In this document: in pieces, positions 27,763 through 39,400 of the stretch
How the letters are laid out: each line of letters begins with the position of its first letter
Position numbering within the stretch: position 1 is the first letter of the stretch
NCBI GenBank assembly: GCA_963717935.1
Contig: CAVQXP010000004.1
Span: 1,568,001-1,632,000, forward strand
Origin: Candidatus Eiseniibacteriota bacterium
Lineage (GTDB): Bacteria > Eisenbacteria > RBG-16-71-46
DNA length: 64,000 nucleotides
Direction: 5' to 3'
Notes under the pieces: model-generated
What the model was told of the DNA's origin: nothing
The model's database searches: none
Seen by the model: the letters and a program-made list of their open reading frames with translations, nothing else
Position numbers and translations under genes: made by a program

Positions 27763-30528
27763 ATGACCTACTCCGTCCCGCCCGTCACGCCCGTCACGCC
27801 GCGCCTGCGGCCCTCGTGGAGACTCGCGTTCGTCGTGGCCGGCGTCCTCCTGCTGGTCGCGCTCCTGCGTGGACTGCCGGCGTTCGCGATCGACTACCTG
27901 TGGTTCCGCGAGGTGGACTACCTGGGGGTCTTCCTCACCCGGCTGTGGACGCAGGTGGGGATGCAGTTCCTGTTCGGCGGCGCGTTCTTCCTGTTCTTCC
28001 TCGCCAACGTGCTGTTGGCGCTCCGCCGGCTGCCGCCGAACCTCATGGTGCTCCACGAGATGCGCGAACTGGTGCCGGCGGTCGAGCAGTTCCGGCCGGC
28101 GCTGCGGGCGCTGGCCGCGGGCGCCGGGCTGCTGGTCGCCATGCTGGTGGCGAGCTGGGGCCAGGGCCAGTGGCTCTCGTGGCTCCAGTTCCGGAACGCC
28201 GAGAGCTTCGGGTTCGCCGATCCGGTCTTCCATCGCGACATCGGCTTCTACGTCTTCCGGCTGCCGTTCCTCGTGACCGTGGTCGGCTTCGTCCGTTTCA
28301 CCCTCATCTTCACCGCGCTCGCCACGGCCGCCGCGTACTTCCTGCAGGGGCAGTTCTGGCTGCGGCCGGGACTGTTCGCGATCACCGCCGCGGCGCGGCG
28401 CCACGTGATGCTGCTCATCGCCGGCGTGATGCTGGTCGTCGCGGCGGGCGACGTCCTCGCGCGCTACGGACTGCTCTACAGCACGCGCGGGTTGGTGTCG
28501 GGCGCGGGCTACACGGACCTCCATGCCGTTCTCCCCGGCCTCATGATCTCGGCCGTGGTCGCCGCGCTCGCCGGCATCGTCGTCGTCGTGGAGAGCTTCC
28601 GTCGTTCGTTCCTGAAGGTGACGGGCCTGGCGGTCGCGGCGATGGTGGTCGTGCACGTCGTGCTCATCCAGCTCTGGCCGTTCGCGCTCCAGCGGCTGGT
28701 CGTGACGCCGAACGAGCTCGAGCGCGAACGCCCCTACATCGAGCGGGAGATCGCGGCGACGGTCCGCGCGTTCGGGCTCGATGACGTGCAGGAGGGACGC
28801 TTCCCGGCGACGCCGACGCTCTCGGCCGCGCAGGTGGCGGCGAACCACGCGACCATCGACAACGTGCGCTTGTGGGAGACGGAGCCCCTCAAGCGCACCA
28901 ACCGGCAGCTCCAGGAGATTCGCACCTACTACGACTTCGTGGACGTGGACAACGACCGCTACGTGCTGGACGGAGAGCTGCGCCAGGTGGCGCTCTCCAC
29001 GCGCGAGCTCAATTCGGGCTCCCTGCCGGCGCGGATCTGGATCAACGAGCATCTGACCTACACGCACGGCTACGGCGTGTGCATCGCGCCGGTGAACCAC
29101 ATCTCGCCGGAGGGGCTGCCCGAGTACTTCGTGAAGGACATCCCCCCGGTGGCCTCCGTGCCCGAGCTCGAGATCACGCGTCCGGAGATCTACTACGGCG
29201 AGCTGGCCGCGCGGTACTCCTTCGTGTCCACCCGCGCGCGGGAGTTCGACTACCCGGCGGGGGAGGAGAACGCCTACACGTCCTATACCGGGAAGGGCGG
29301 CATCCGAGTGGGCGGCTTCGGCGGCCGGCTGCTGTTCGCGCTCCACTTCGCCGAGCCCAAGATCGTGCTCTCGACCGACCTGGTCCCCGACAGCCGCGTA
29401 CTGCTGCACCGCACCGTGCGCGAGCGCGTCATGAAGATCGCGCCGTTCGTGATGTGGGACCGCGATCCCTACATCATCGTGCGCCGCGACGGGACGCTCA
29501 CCTGGATGCTCGACGGCTACACGACGACCGACCGCATCCCCTACTCGGCGCCCGTTCCCGAAGGCGGCAACTACGTGCGCAACCCGGTCAAGGCGACGGT
29601 GGATGCCTACGAGGGCACGGTCACCCTCTGGACGGTCTCGTCGGACGACCCGCTGCTGCGCACCTACGCCCGCATCTTCCCGGGCACGTTCGCGCCCTTC
29701 GATTCCATGCCGGAGGACCTGCGCGCGCACATGCGCTATCCGGAGGCCCTGGTCGCGGTGCAGGCCCAGGTCTACGCCACCTACCACATGAACGACCCGC
29801 AGGTGTTCTACAACAAGGAGGACCTGTGGCGGGTGGCGCGGCGCGAGGACGGCTCGAGCATGGCGCCGTACTACACCGTGATGAAGCTGGCCGGCGTGGG
29901 CGAGAAGGAGGAGTTCATCCTCATGCTCCCGTTCACGCCCGCGCGCAAGGAGAACATGATCGCGTGGATGAGCGCGCGCTGCGATCCGCCGAACTACGGC
30001 AAGCTCCTGGTCTACAGCTTCCCCAAGCAGCGCCTGGTCTACGGCCCCGAGCAGATCGAGTCGCGCATCAACCAGGACACCGACATCTCGAAGGAGCTGA
30101 CGCTCTGGAACCAGCAGGGCTCGAAGGTGATCCGCGGCAACCTGCTGGTGGTGCCGGTGGACTCCTCGCTCATCTACTTCCAGCCGCTCTACCTGCAGGC
30201 GCAGAGCCAGGCCGGGCTGCCCGAACTGAAGCGGATCCTGGTGGCCTGCGGTGACCGCATCGCCATGGCGACCACCATGTCCGGGGCCCTGACGCGCGTC
30301 TTCGGCGCGGGGGCGGACGAGGGGATCACGACCACGATGGCGGCCGCGCCGGCCGATCGTGGGGCGGCTGCGGGGACCACGGACGAGGCGGCCGAGCGGC
30401 TGCGGCAGGCCGGGGAGATCTACGAGCGCGCCCAGGCGGCGCTGCGCCGCGGGGACTTCCAGGGCTACGCGCGCGAGATCGAGGAACTGGGGCGGCTGCT
30501 GAAGCGCGCGAGCGGGGGTTCGCCATAG
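27763..30528 (+). CDS. UPF0182 family membrane protein
   Basis: DYLWF, DPVF..DIGFYVFRLP, GAGYTD, VTPNEL..E.PYI, NVRLW, QLQEIRTYYDF.DVDNDRY, WINEHL.YTHGYG, RYPE; TGcTAGGCT extended -10 at 27720-27728. Confidence 0.92.
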   Translation: MTYSVPPVTPVTPRLRPSWRLAFVVAGVLLLVALLRGLPAFAIDYLWFREVDYLGVFLTRLWTQVGMQFLFGGAFFLFFLANVLLALRRLPPNLMVLHEMRELVPAVEQFRPALRALAAGAGLLVAMLVASWGQGQWLSWLQFRNAESFGFADPVFHRDIGFYVFRLPFLVTVVGFVRFTLIFTALATAAAYFLQGQFWLRPGLFAITAAARRHVMLLIAGVMLVVAAGDVLARYGLLYSTRGLVSGAGYTDLHAVLPGLMISAVVAALAGIVVVVESFRRSFLKVTGLAVAAMVVVHVVLIQLWPFALQRLVVTPNELERERPYIEREIAATVRAFGLDDVQEGRFPATPTLSAAQVAANHATIDNVRLWETEPLKRTNRQLQEIRTYYDFVDVDNDRYVLDGELRQVALSTRELNSGSLPARIWINEHLTYTHGYGVCIAPVNHISPEGLPEYFVKDIPPVASVPELEITRPEIYYGELAARYSFVSTRAREFDYPAGEENAYTSYTGKGGIRVGGFGGRLLFALHFAEPKIVLSTDLVPDSRVLLHRTVRERVMKIAPFVMWDRDPYIIVRRDGTLTWMLDGYTTTDRIPYSAPVPEGGNYVRNPVKATVDAYEGTVTLWTVSSDDPLLRTYARIFPGTFAPFDSMPEDLRAHMRYPEALVAVQAQVYATYHMNDPQVFYNKEDLWRVARREDGSSMAPYYTVMKLAGVGEKEEFILMLPFTPARKENMIAWMSARCDPPNYGKLLVYSFPKQRLVYGPEQIESRINQDTDISKELTLWNQQGSKVIRGNLLVVPVDSSLIYFQPLYLQAQSQAGLPELKRILVACGDRIAMATTMSGALTRVFGAGADEGITTTMAAAPADRGAAAGTTDEAAERLRQAGEIYERAQAALRRGDFQGYAREIEELGRLLKRASGGSP

Positions 30529-30694
30529 GACCGGGCCGCGAGGTCCGGTACTTCCTCGACGACTGGCATCGCTTCGTCGTCGGGGGCCACGACCGGGCGA
30601 CTCCCTGCCCGGATTCCTTCCCGGGGATCGCGGGGTGCCGGGGCGTCCCGCGGCTCGCGGGGGCCGCGCGCCGCCCATCGAGGGAGTGCGCCGC

Positions 30695-31990
30695 ATGACG
30701 CGATCCGGCAGGAAGCCGCTGGCGGCGGCCATCCCGGTGCTCCTCGTCATCGGGGTCTCGCTCTACCTGGTCCTGTCCCACGGTCCTGGTCCGACATCGC
30801 CCGATGTCGAGCCGGCGGACCTGCGTGCCGGCCCGCTGCGCGAGGTCGTGCTCGACACGCTGGGCCGTGGCATGTCGCTCGCCGAGATGATGGCGGCCAA
30901 CGGTCTCGCCGCGCCGCAGATCCACGAGATCACGCAGGTCGTCAGGGACTTCAAGAGACCGCGCACCCTGCGCCCGGGGGTCGTGGCGCGTTTCTCGAGC
31001 GAGGCGGGCGAGAGCCCGGACCGCGTCCACCTCCAGTTGAACCCGGACACGATCCTGCATCTGGTCTCCTCGGACTCCGGCTGGGCGGCCCGCCTGGAGG
31101 TCGTTCCTCTCGTGATCGACACGGTGCGGCTCTCCGGCGTGATCGAGTCGAGCCTGTGGCTCGCGCGGCTCGGCGGGGACGTGGACCGGCTCGAAGAAGG
31201 CGGCTTCAAGGAGTTCGTGTACGACCTGGCGGACGTCTTCGCGTGGAAGATCGACTTCACGCGAGACATCCAGAAGGGAGACGGCTTCCGCGTCGCATTC
31301 GAGCGCGAAGTGCGGCCGGACGGCTCGGTGCGGAGCCGGCGCTTCCTCGCCATCGAGCTCCGCAATCGCGACCGCTCGTTCATCGCCATCCCCTACACGC
31401 GGCCCGGGGGGCGCGTCGCCTACTTCGATGCCGCTGGCGCGGCGTTGCGCGGCGCGTTCCTCCGCTATCCGGTGCCCTACCGGATCACCAGCGGGTTCAC
31501 GAGGCGGCGCTATCACCCCGTCCTGAAGCGCTATCGGCCGCATCAGGGGATCGACTATGGAGCGCCGCGCGGGACGCGTGTGCAGGCCACCGGCTCCGGG
31601 ACGGTGACGCGGGCGGGGACGTGGGGAGACTACGGCCGGGTCGTGGAGCTCCGTCACGCCGGCGGCATCCGCACGCGCTACGCGCACCTGAGCGCCATCG
31701 CGCCCGGCGTGAGCCCGGGCAGACACGTCGAACAGGGCCAGTTCATCGGCAGGGTCGGCGCCACCGGGCTCGCCTCCGGCACGCATCTGCACTACGAGTT
31801 CCTCCAGCACGGCAGGCACCGGAACCCGCTGACGGTCAGTCTCCCCACGGTCGCCCCCCTGGAGGGGAAGTTCCTGGAGGAGTTCCGTCGCGTGCGCGAC
31901 GGGGGGTTGGCGCTCCTCGACGGCCTTGCCATCCCATCGGCTCCGGCGCTCGCCGCGGCCGCGGCTCCGGGGGGCTCGGCCACGCGCTGA
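30695..31990 (+). CDS. M23 family peptidoglycan DD-endopeptidase (MepM/OapA-like)
   Basis: N-terminal TM; HQGIDYGAP, YAHLS, GATGLASGTHLHYE. Confidence 0.92.
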   Translation: MTRSGRKPLAAAIPVLLVIGVSLYLVLSHGPGPTSPDVEPADLRAGPLREVVLDTLGRGMSLAEMMAANGLAAPQIHEITQVVRDFKRPRTLRPGVVARFSSEAGESPDRVHLQLNPDTILHLVSSDSGWAARLEVVPLVIDTVRLSGVIESSLWLARLGGDVDRLEEGGFKEFVYDLADVFAWKIDFTRDIQKGDGFRVAFEREVRPDGSVRSRRFLAIELRNRDRSFIAIPYTRPGGRVAYFDAAGAALRGAFLRYPVPYRITSGFTRRRYHPVLKRYRPHQGIDYGAPRGTRVQATGSGTVTRAGTWGDYGRVVELRHAGGIRTRYAHLSAIAPGVSPGRHVEQGQFIGRVGATGLASGTHLHYEFLQHGRHRNPLTVSLPTVAPLEGKFLEEFRRVRDGGLALLDGLAIPSAPALAAAAAPGGSATR

Positions 31991-32067
31991 GGTCGAAGCC
32001 GGCCAGCGACGAGGCCGGCGCGCCGCGCGGTTGACGGGCGCGGGAGGGGCTCCCAATATGTCCCGCC

Positions 32068-33333
32068 ATGACGCCGTTCGAGGTCTTCGCCACGATCACG
32101 ACGCTCGCGGGCCTCTTCAGCTGGATCAACCTCCGCTGGGTGCACCTGCCGACGACCATCGGGCTCCTCGTGATCGCGATGCTGAGTTCGCTGGGGCTGG
32201 TCGCCCTGCACGCGACGGGCCTGTTCCGGAACGATCCGCTCGTTCCGGTGATCCGGGACCTCGACTTCCATGACGCGCTCCTGAACGGGATGCTCGGGGC
32301 GCTGCTCTTCGCGGGCGCGATCCGCCTGCAACTGGATGACCTGCTCTCGCAGAAGTGGGCGATCGCGCTGCTCGCCACGGGCAGCGTCGTGCTCTCGACC
32401 CTGATCGTCGGGGGCGCCTCGTGGCTGGTGTTCCGCTGGCTCGGGCTGGGCGTTCCCTTCATCTACTGCCTGCTGTTCGGCGCCCTGATCTCGCCGACGG
32501 ACCCGATCGCGGTGGGCGCGATCCTCCGGCAGGCCGGGGTTCCGAAATCGCTGAGCATCAAGATCACCGGCGAATCGCTCTTCAACGACGGCTTCGGGGT
32601 CGTGGTGTTCCTCGTGATCCTCGGCATCGCCACGGCGGGCGAAGAGGCCTCCCTCGGGCACGTCGCGGAGCTGTTCGCCCGGGAGGTGTTCGGTGGCGTG
32701 GTCTATGGAGCGGTCGTGGGCTACGTCACGTATCGCATGCTGAAGAGCGTCGACCACTACCAGGTGGAGATCCTCCTCACGCTCGCGCTGGTGACGGGCG
32801 GCTATGCGCTGGCGCAGCGGCTGCAGGTCTCCGGGCCCCTCGCGATGGTGGTCGCGGGCCTCCTGGTGGGCAACCAGGGCCGCGACTTCGCGATGTCCCA
32901 GCGCACGCAGGAGCGGCTGGATTCGTTCTGGGAGCTCGTGGACGATTTCCTCAACGCGATGCTGTTCGTGCTGATCGGCGTCGAGGTGGTCGTCCTCGAC
33001 CTTGCATCGTCGTTCATCGTCGCCGGACTGCTGCTCATCCCCCTGATCCTGCTCGCGCGCTGGATCAGCGTCGGCCTGCCGATCTCGCTCCTGAGGGTCG
33101 TCCGCCGGGCGGTGAGCCCGCACGCGATCAAGTTGCTCACGTGGAGCGGCCTTCGCGGGGGCATCTCGGTCGCCCTCGCGCTGTCGCTACCGAAGGGCGG
33201 CCACCACGACCTCATCGTCACCGTGACCTACATCGTCGTGGCGTTCTCGATCATCGTTCAAGGACTCACCGTGGGACCGCTCGCCCGGCGCCTCGCGGCC
33301 CGAGACGCGCCACGCGAGGCGCGGACCGCGTGA
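32068..33333 (+). CDS. Na+/H+ antiporter, CPA1/NhaP family
   Basis: LFGALISPTDPIAV, GESLFNDG, SGPLAMV, GLRGGISVALALSLP, VQGLT. Confidence 0.92.
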   Translation: MTPFEVFATITTLAGLFSWINLRWVHLPTTIGLLVIAMLSSLGLVALHATGLFRNDPLVPVIRDLDFHDALLNGMLGALLFAGAIRLQLDDLLSQKWAIALLATGSVVLSTLIVGGASWLVFRWLGLGVPFIYCLLFGALISPTDPIAVGAILRQAGVPKSLSIKITGESLFNDGFGVVVFLVILGIATAGEEASLGHVAELFAREVFGGVVYGAVVGYVTYRMLKSVDHYQVEILLTLALVTGGYALAQRLQVSGPLAMVVAGLLVGNQGRDFAMSQRTQERLDSFWELVDDFLNAMLFVLIGVEVVVLDLASSFIVAGLLLIPLILLARWISVGLPISLLRVVRRAVSPHAIKLLTWSGLRGGISVALALSLPKGGHHDLIVTVTYIVVAFSIIVQGLTVGPLARRLAARDAPREARTA

Positions 33334-33441
33334 GCGGGGGGAGGCTCGCATGAGCTTCGGGGCGAGCTGGAACCGGGTCATCGCCAGGGTGGGTGCGGAG
33401 CCGTTCACCGTCGGTACGCTGGTCACGGCATCGCCCTGATC
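33306..33441 (+). pseudogene. Copy B of the direct repeat: end of nhaP followed by a truncated mscS 5' fragment
   Basis: ATG at 33350 encodes MSFGASWNRVIARVGAEPFTVGTLVTA (mscS starts MSFRAVWDFVIARVGAEPFTVGTVVTA), then a 1-bp deletion and stop. Confidence 0.85.
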
Positions 33442-33453
33442 CCGGCGGCAGGC

Positions 33454-36400
33454 TCACCTCCGCGCGGCCGGCGGCCGCCGGGCGGAACCGGCGGCGATTG
33501 GGGTGCCCAGCACGACGCGCAGGCGGTGCTCCGCGCCATCATCGACCAGCGGGATCGCGCCGGCATCGACCACGACGCCATCCAGCAGTGCCTCCGCGAC
33601 GCCGCGGTTCCGGTGGCCGGGGTTCTCCACGGTGATCTCGTAGGGGCTGCGCCCGTACCGCCAGCGCACGACGAAGCCGTCCCATGACGCGGGCACGCAG
33701 GGCGCGATCGCGAGGCGCTCACCCCGGCGCCGGAGCCCGAGAATCGACTCGAGCCCGAGCCGGTACATCCACGCCGCCGCGCCGGTGTACCAGGTCCAGC
33801 CGCCGCGGCCGATGTGCGACGGGTGCGTGTAGACGTCGGCCGCCACCACGAAGGGCTCCGCCTTGTAGCGCTCGACTTCGGCCCGCGAGCGGGTGTGGTT
33901 GATCGGGTTCAGCATGTGGAACAGTTCGAACGCCTCGTCGCCGTTGCCGAGATGCGCGAACGCCATCACCGTCCAGAGCGCGGCGTGGGTGTATTGCCCG
34001 CCGTTCTCGCGCACCCCCGGCACGTAGCCCTTGATGTAGCCGGGGTCGAGCGGCGACTGGTCGAACGGCGGCGCGAGCAACTGGATCACACCGGCGTCGC
34101 GCCGCACCAGCTGCATGCGCACGGAATCCATGGCGCGCTCGGCCCGGCCGGGCGGAGCGGAGCCGGAGAGCACGGCCCAGCTCTGCGAGATCGAATCGAT
34201 CCGGCACTCCGGGGCCTGGGCGGAGCCCAGGGGGCTGCCGTCGTCGAAGTAGGCGCGGCGATACCAGTCCCCGTCCCACGCCTGCTCGAGCATGGTGCCC
34301 AGCCGCCTGCGTTCGCCGCGCCAGCGGGTGGCGCGCTCGGGATCACCGTGTGCTTCGACGATCGTCGCGAAGTCGCCCAGGATCTTCGAGACGAACCAGC
34401 CCAGCCACACGCTCTCGCCCCGGCCCTGGTGCCCGACGCGGTTCATGCCGTCGTTCCAGTCGCCCGTGCCGATCAGCGGCAGACCGTGCGACCCGACGGT
34501 CAGGCTGCGCTCGATGGCCAGCACACAGTGCTCGTAGAGCGTGCCAGTCAGTCGCGACACCTCGGGCAGGCCGTAGGTCTCCAGTTCCGTCGGCTGGAGG
34601 ACGGGTGCCTCCAGGAAAGCCACGCGCGCGTCGAGCACCGCCCGATCGCCGGTGCATCTCACGTAGTGGGCGACGGCATAGGGGAGCCACAACAGGTCGT
34701 CGGAGCAACGGCTCCGCACGCCGCGGCCCGAGGGCTCGTGCCACCAGTGCTGCACGTCGCCCTCGGCGAACTGGTGCGCAGCGGCACGCAGCAGGTGCTG
34801 CCGGAAGAGGTCCGGCCGCGCGAACGCGAGCGCCATCACGTCCTGCAGTTGGTCGCGGAAACCGTAGGCGCCGCCGGGCTGGAAGAAGCCGGTGCGGCCC
34901 CACAACCGCGAACTGACCGCCTGGTAGAGCAGCCAGCGGTTCATGATCAGGTCGAACGAGTCGTCCGGCGTCTCGACCTGCACCGCGCCGAGCAGTTCGT
35001 CCCAGCGCTGCTCGACCTCTTCCAGGGCGGAGCGCGCGGCCTCGACGCTGCCGAAGCGACGCGCCAGCTCCAGCGCGTGCTCGCGGTTGTCCCCCTGGCC
35101 GAGCAGCAGGACCACTTCGCGCGTCTCGCCAGGCTCGAGATCCACGCCGAGTTGCAGCGCCGCGCACGGGTCGAGGCCCGCGCCGAAGCGATGCGACAGC
35201 GCCTCGCGGGCCAGCGCCGCAGGGCGCCGCAGCGAGCCGTTCCGGCCGAGGAACTCGAGCCGGTCGGCGGTCGCCGACAGGGGCCGAAGGCTCGCGTGCG
35301 CGAAGGCGACGCGTCCGGCGAAGTCGGGGTTGTACGGGTTGCGCGCCAGCACGGCGCCGGTCTTCGGGTCCTGCTCGGTGATCACGAAGCGCTGCTCGCC
35401 GGCGCGCGGCGGGCACAGCGCCCACTCGTTGTAGGCGAAGACGCTGAGGCGCCGCGGCCAGTCCGTGTGATTGGTGAGCCTGAGCAGCGAGAGCCTGAGC
35501 GGCTCCTGTACATGCACGAAGACCGTGAGTTCGCAGGCGACGCCGTGGTCGCCGTGGCTGAAGCGCGTCACGCCGGCCCCGTGGCGGGTCACCCAGCGGC
35601 CGCCGTCGTGCGACCGCGGCAGCGGGCCCGGGGTGGCGCCCCAGGTCTCGCCGTCCTCCTCGTCGCGCAGGTAGAGGGCCTCGCCGCTGAACTCGCTCAC
35701 CGGGTCGTTGCCGAACGGGGTCAGGCGGTTCTCGCGGCTGTTCCCGCCCCAGGTCCAGGCGGCGCCCGTGGCCCCGATGACGGTGCCGAAGCGCTCGTTC
35801 GCGATCACGTTCACCCAGGGCAGCGGCGTGTCTTCCTGGCCGTTCAGCACGATCGCATATTCGTTCCCGCCCGCGGTGAAGCCTCCGCGGTCGTTGGCGT
35901 GGTCGAGCGGCGGCACTTCGACCTCGGGGCCACGGTCCCGCGCGATCGCCGTCTCGGGCGCTGGGCGCGCGGCCAGTGCGCGCGGCCAGCGTGGCTCGGG
36001 GAAGGGCAGCTCGAGCTGGTCGGCGAGCCCGCCGCGCTCGCCGCTCAGCAGCACGCGGGCGGCCGCCATCAGCAGCCTGCGCTCGGCTTCGGGCATGCCC
36101 TCGCCACGCAGCAGGAACACCCCGCCGGGGCGGTGCTTCCACGCAGCCCAGGGGCCGCTCTCGAGCAGGCCCTGGAGCTGCTCGTGCATCTCGTCGAGGT
36201 AGCTCGCCGGATGCTCGTTCAGGATCACGACCTCGGCGTCGAGGCCCTTCAGCCGCCAGTATTCCTGCGCTCGCAGTACCTGGTGCACCAGCGACAGGTC
36301 GTTCTCCTCGACCACCCGCACGATCAGGATGGGCCGGTCGCCGGAGATGCCGTGCGGCCAGAGACCTGGCTGGCCGAGCGTGTTGCCCGCCAGGAACTCG

Positions 36401-39400
36401 GGCGCCGCGCGCAGGGAGGCGTCGGTCCACAGCACGTACGAGGCGAGTTGTTCGTAGAGTTGCGCCTCGTCGGTCGAGATGCCGAGATGGCGCATCCGCA
36501 TGTGGGTCTGGGTCGTGGCGAGGGCGAACGTGCGGGCGGCCGAGGCGGGATCATCGTACTTCTCGGCGAGCGCGATCGCAGCGGCCCGGCTCGTGGCCAC
36601 GCCGGTCGAGAAGGCGAGACGCACCTGTCCGCCGGGCGCGATGCGCACGCGCCGCCGCAGGCTCAGGACCGGGTCGAGCACTGCTCCGGTGGTGCCCGAG
36701 AGCGCCCGGCCGTCGAGTGCGACCGGGTCTTCCGGCGTGCGCCCGCGGCCAAGGAAACGCGCGCGGTCGGTCTCCCACTCGATCGCGCCGTGCACGCCTC
36801 CCTCGGCGCTCAGCACGTGCACGGCCCAGAGCGCAGGCTCGTCGGGCGAGCGCGGGCGGCGCCCGCACAGCAGTGCCGAGCACTCGGGGCGGTACTCGGT
36901 CTCGAGGAAGAGCTTCAGGAACGCCGGGTGGGCGAGATCGTCGGCGGGTGGCGCGAGCACGATCTCGACCAGGCTCGTCACCTCGATCTCGCGCAGGTGG
37001 TCGCTGCGGTTGAGCAGTGAGACACGGCGCACCTCGACGTCGTCTTCCGGCGATACCGTGATCTCGAGCCGGGTCTCGATGCCGTCATCCGTGCGGTCGA
37101 ACACGGCCTCGTCGGCGCGGAAGCTCACCTGGTAGCATTCGGGTTCACGGCATACCGGCTGGTAGGCGGCCGACCAGAGTTGTCCGCTGCGCACGTCGCG
37201 CAGGTAGATGAACTGGCTGCCCGGGTCGCAGGTCGGATCATCGCGCTGGCGCGTGACGGCGTGCCCGCGCCAACTGCTCGCGCCGCCCCCGGCGTTGGTG
37301 ACCACGGCCGTGTACTGGCCGTTCGACAGGAAGTGGGCGCTCGGGTAGAGGGTGTGCGGCGAGCGGAAACGCCGTGGCGAGAGGTCCGGCGCCAGCGCCT
37401 CGACCCGCGTCGACTCGGCGGGGCGCGGCTGGGTGACAGGCACGAAGCGCGGCACGCGCTCCTGCAGCAGCGGCTCCGTGGCCTGTACGCGCGGATCGGA
37501 GTGGAAACGTCGCACCATCGGTGCGTCGAGCACGGCGTTCGCGAGCGCGACCAGGCTCATGCCCTGATGATGGGCGAAGAACGCGCGCACGGCGTGGACC
37601 CGCGCGGGGTCGGGCGCGGCCTCGCCGTCGGTGAGGAAGGCCCTGCGCGGCGTGTAGTCGAGCGCCTCGTCGAACCCGAAGCGCCCGGACGCGCCCTCGC
37701 GGGCCAGGCGGCGGAAGTTCGCCGCGGCGGCCGTCGGGTCGACCATGGCCGCCAGCGCGGTGGCGTAAGGGGCGATCACCAGGTCCTCGGCGAGCCCGCG
37801 CTTGAGTCCCAGGCCGGGGACCCCGAAGGCCTTGTAGTGATAGTCGCCGTGTGGGTCCAGCACGTTGAATGCCGATTCCGAGATGCCCCACGGCACGCCC
37901 TGGCGCCGGCCGTAGAGGATCTGCGCGCGCACCACGGCCCGGCAGGTGTTCTCGAGCAGCGTTTCGGGATGGCTGCGCAGCACCAGCAGCGGCATCAGGT
38001 ACTCGAACATCGAGCCGCTCCACGACACCAGCGTGGCACGGCCCTCGACGCTCACCAGCGCGCGCGAGAGCCGGAACCAGTGCTCCTGCGGCACCTCGCC
38101 CCGGGCGATGGCGATGAAGCTGGCGAGCCGGGATTCCGACGCCAGCAGGTCGTAGTACGAGGTGTCGAGACGGCCCGGCCCCTCGGCATCGGCGAGCCGG
38201 AAACCGATCGAGAAGATCCCGCCCTGGCGGTCGTAGAGGAACTTCCAGTCCATGGCGTCGGCCAGCGCGTCACAGCGACGGGCGAGGCCCTCGAGGCGCG
38301 CGGGCAGGTCGGCGGGCGGAGTGGCGGCCGTCGTCCACCGGCCGAGCGCGTCGAGCAGCGCCCGGTCCCAGTCGGTGATCTCGTCGGCTTCGGGCCCGGG
38401 CGCCGCATCCGCCGCGACTTGCTGCAGCGCCGCGCTCAGGGCCGCGGTCCCCGGCAGCGCGTTCTCGAGCCGGCCGCGCGTCGGCTCCGGGCCGGCGAGC
38501 ATCGCGCGCAGCGGCTCCAACTCGCGCAGTGCTGCGCTGCAGTGCTGGCGCAGAGGCGCGGCCGCGTGCGTGCCGTGGCCCAGGGCCGCCAGCGAGTCTG
38601 CGAGGGCGCCTGCGGTGTCGAGGGCGCCGGCCCACAACCGGCGCACGTCCTCCGGCTCCTCCGCGAGCTGGCGCAGCCCGGCGGCCAGCGCCATCAGTGC
38701 GCCCGCCAGGTTGCCGCTGTCCACGGTCGAGACGTAGCGCGGGAGAAGCGGTGCCAGGTTGATCGTGTCGTACCAGTTGAGCAGGTGACCTTCGTGGCGC
38801 TCGAGCGACTCGACGATGGTGAGCGTGCCCTCGATCCGGTCCGCGAACTCATCGGTGCGCAGGTAGCCCAGATCGTGCGCGGCGAGCGTGGAGAGCAACC
38901 CCATGCCGACGTTGGTCGGCGAGGTGCGGTGGGCGACGTGCGGCTCCGGCACCTCCTGGACATTGTCGGGTGGCAGCCAGTGATCCTGCTCGGTGACGAA
39001 GTGCTCGAAGTAGCGCCAGGTCCGGCGTGCGACGCGGCGCAGCTGCCCGGTGTCCTCGGCGCTGAGCGCGAGGCGCCGGGGCACGACGGGCCGGCTCAGC
39101 CACCACGCGACGACCGGGGAGGCCAGCCACGCGGCGAGGAAGGGCAGCGCCACCGGCAGTGCGGTGATGCGGAGCGGCAGTACGCCCAGCAGCACGACCA
39201 GCGTGGCAGCCGGGCCCGCCCACATCTCGGCGAGGAAGACCCGCAACCCCCGACGTGAGAGCAGCCCGGAGGCCCGCACCGCACCGGCCGCGGCGGTCTC
39301 CCACTCGAGCAGCCGCCGCTGCGTGCTCACCATCCGCACCAACGTGAGCACGATGGCGTGCAGCATCTCGTAGGCGTGGTAGGCGAGGAGCGTGATCTCG

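Noticed and set aside
27304..30750. Long antisense and alternate-frame ORFs (e.g. 1148 aa here; 1068 aa at 33814-37020; 752 aa at 1488-3746; 883 aa at 59890-62541)
   Set aside because: Shadow ORFs typical of very high GC DNA. They overlap well-supported genes and are Arg/Ala/Pro-rich without motifs.
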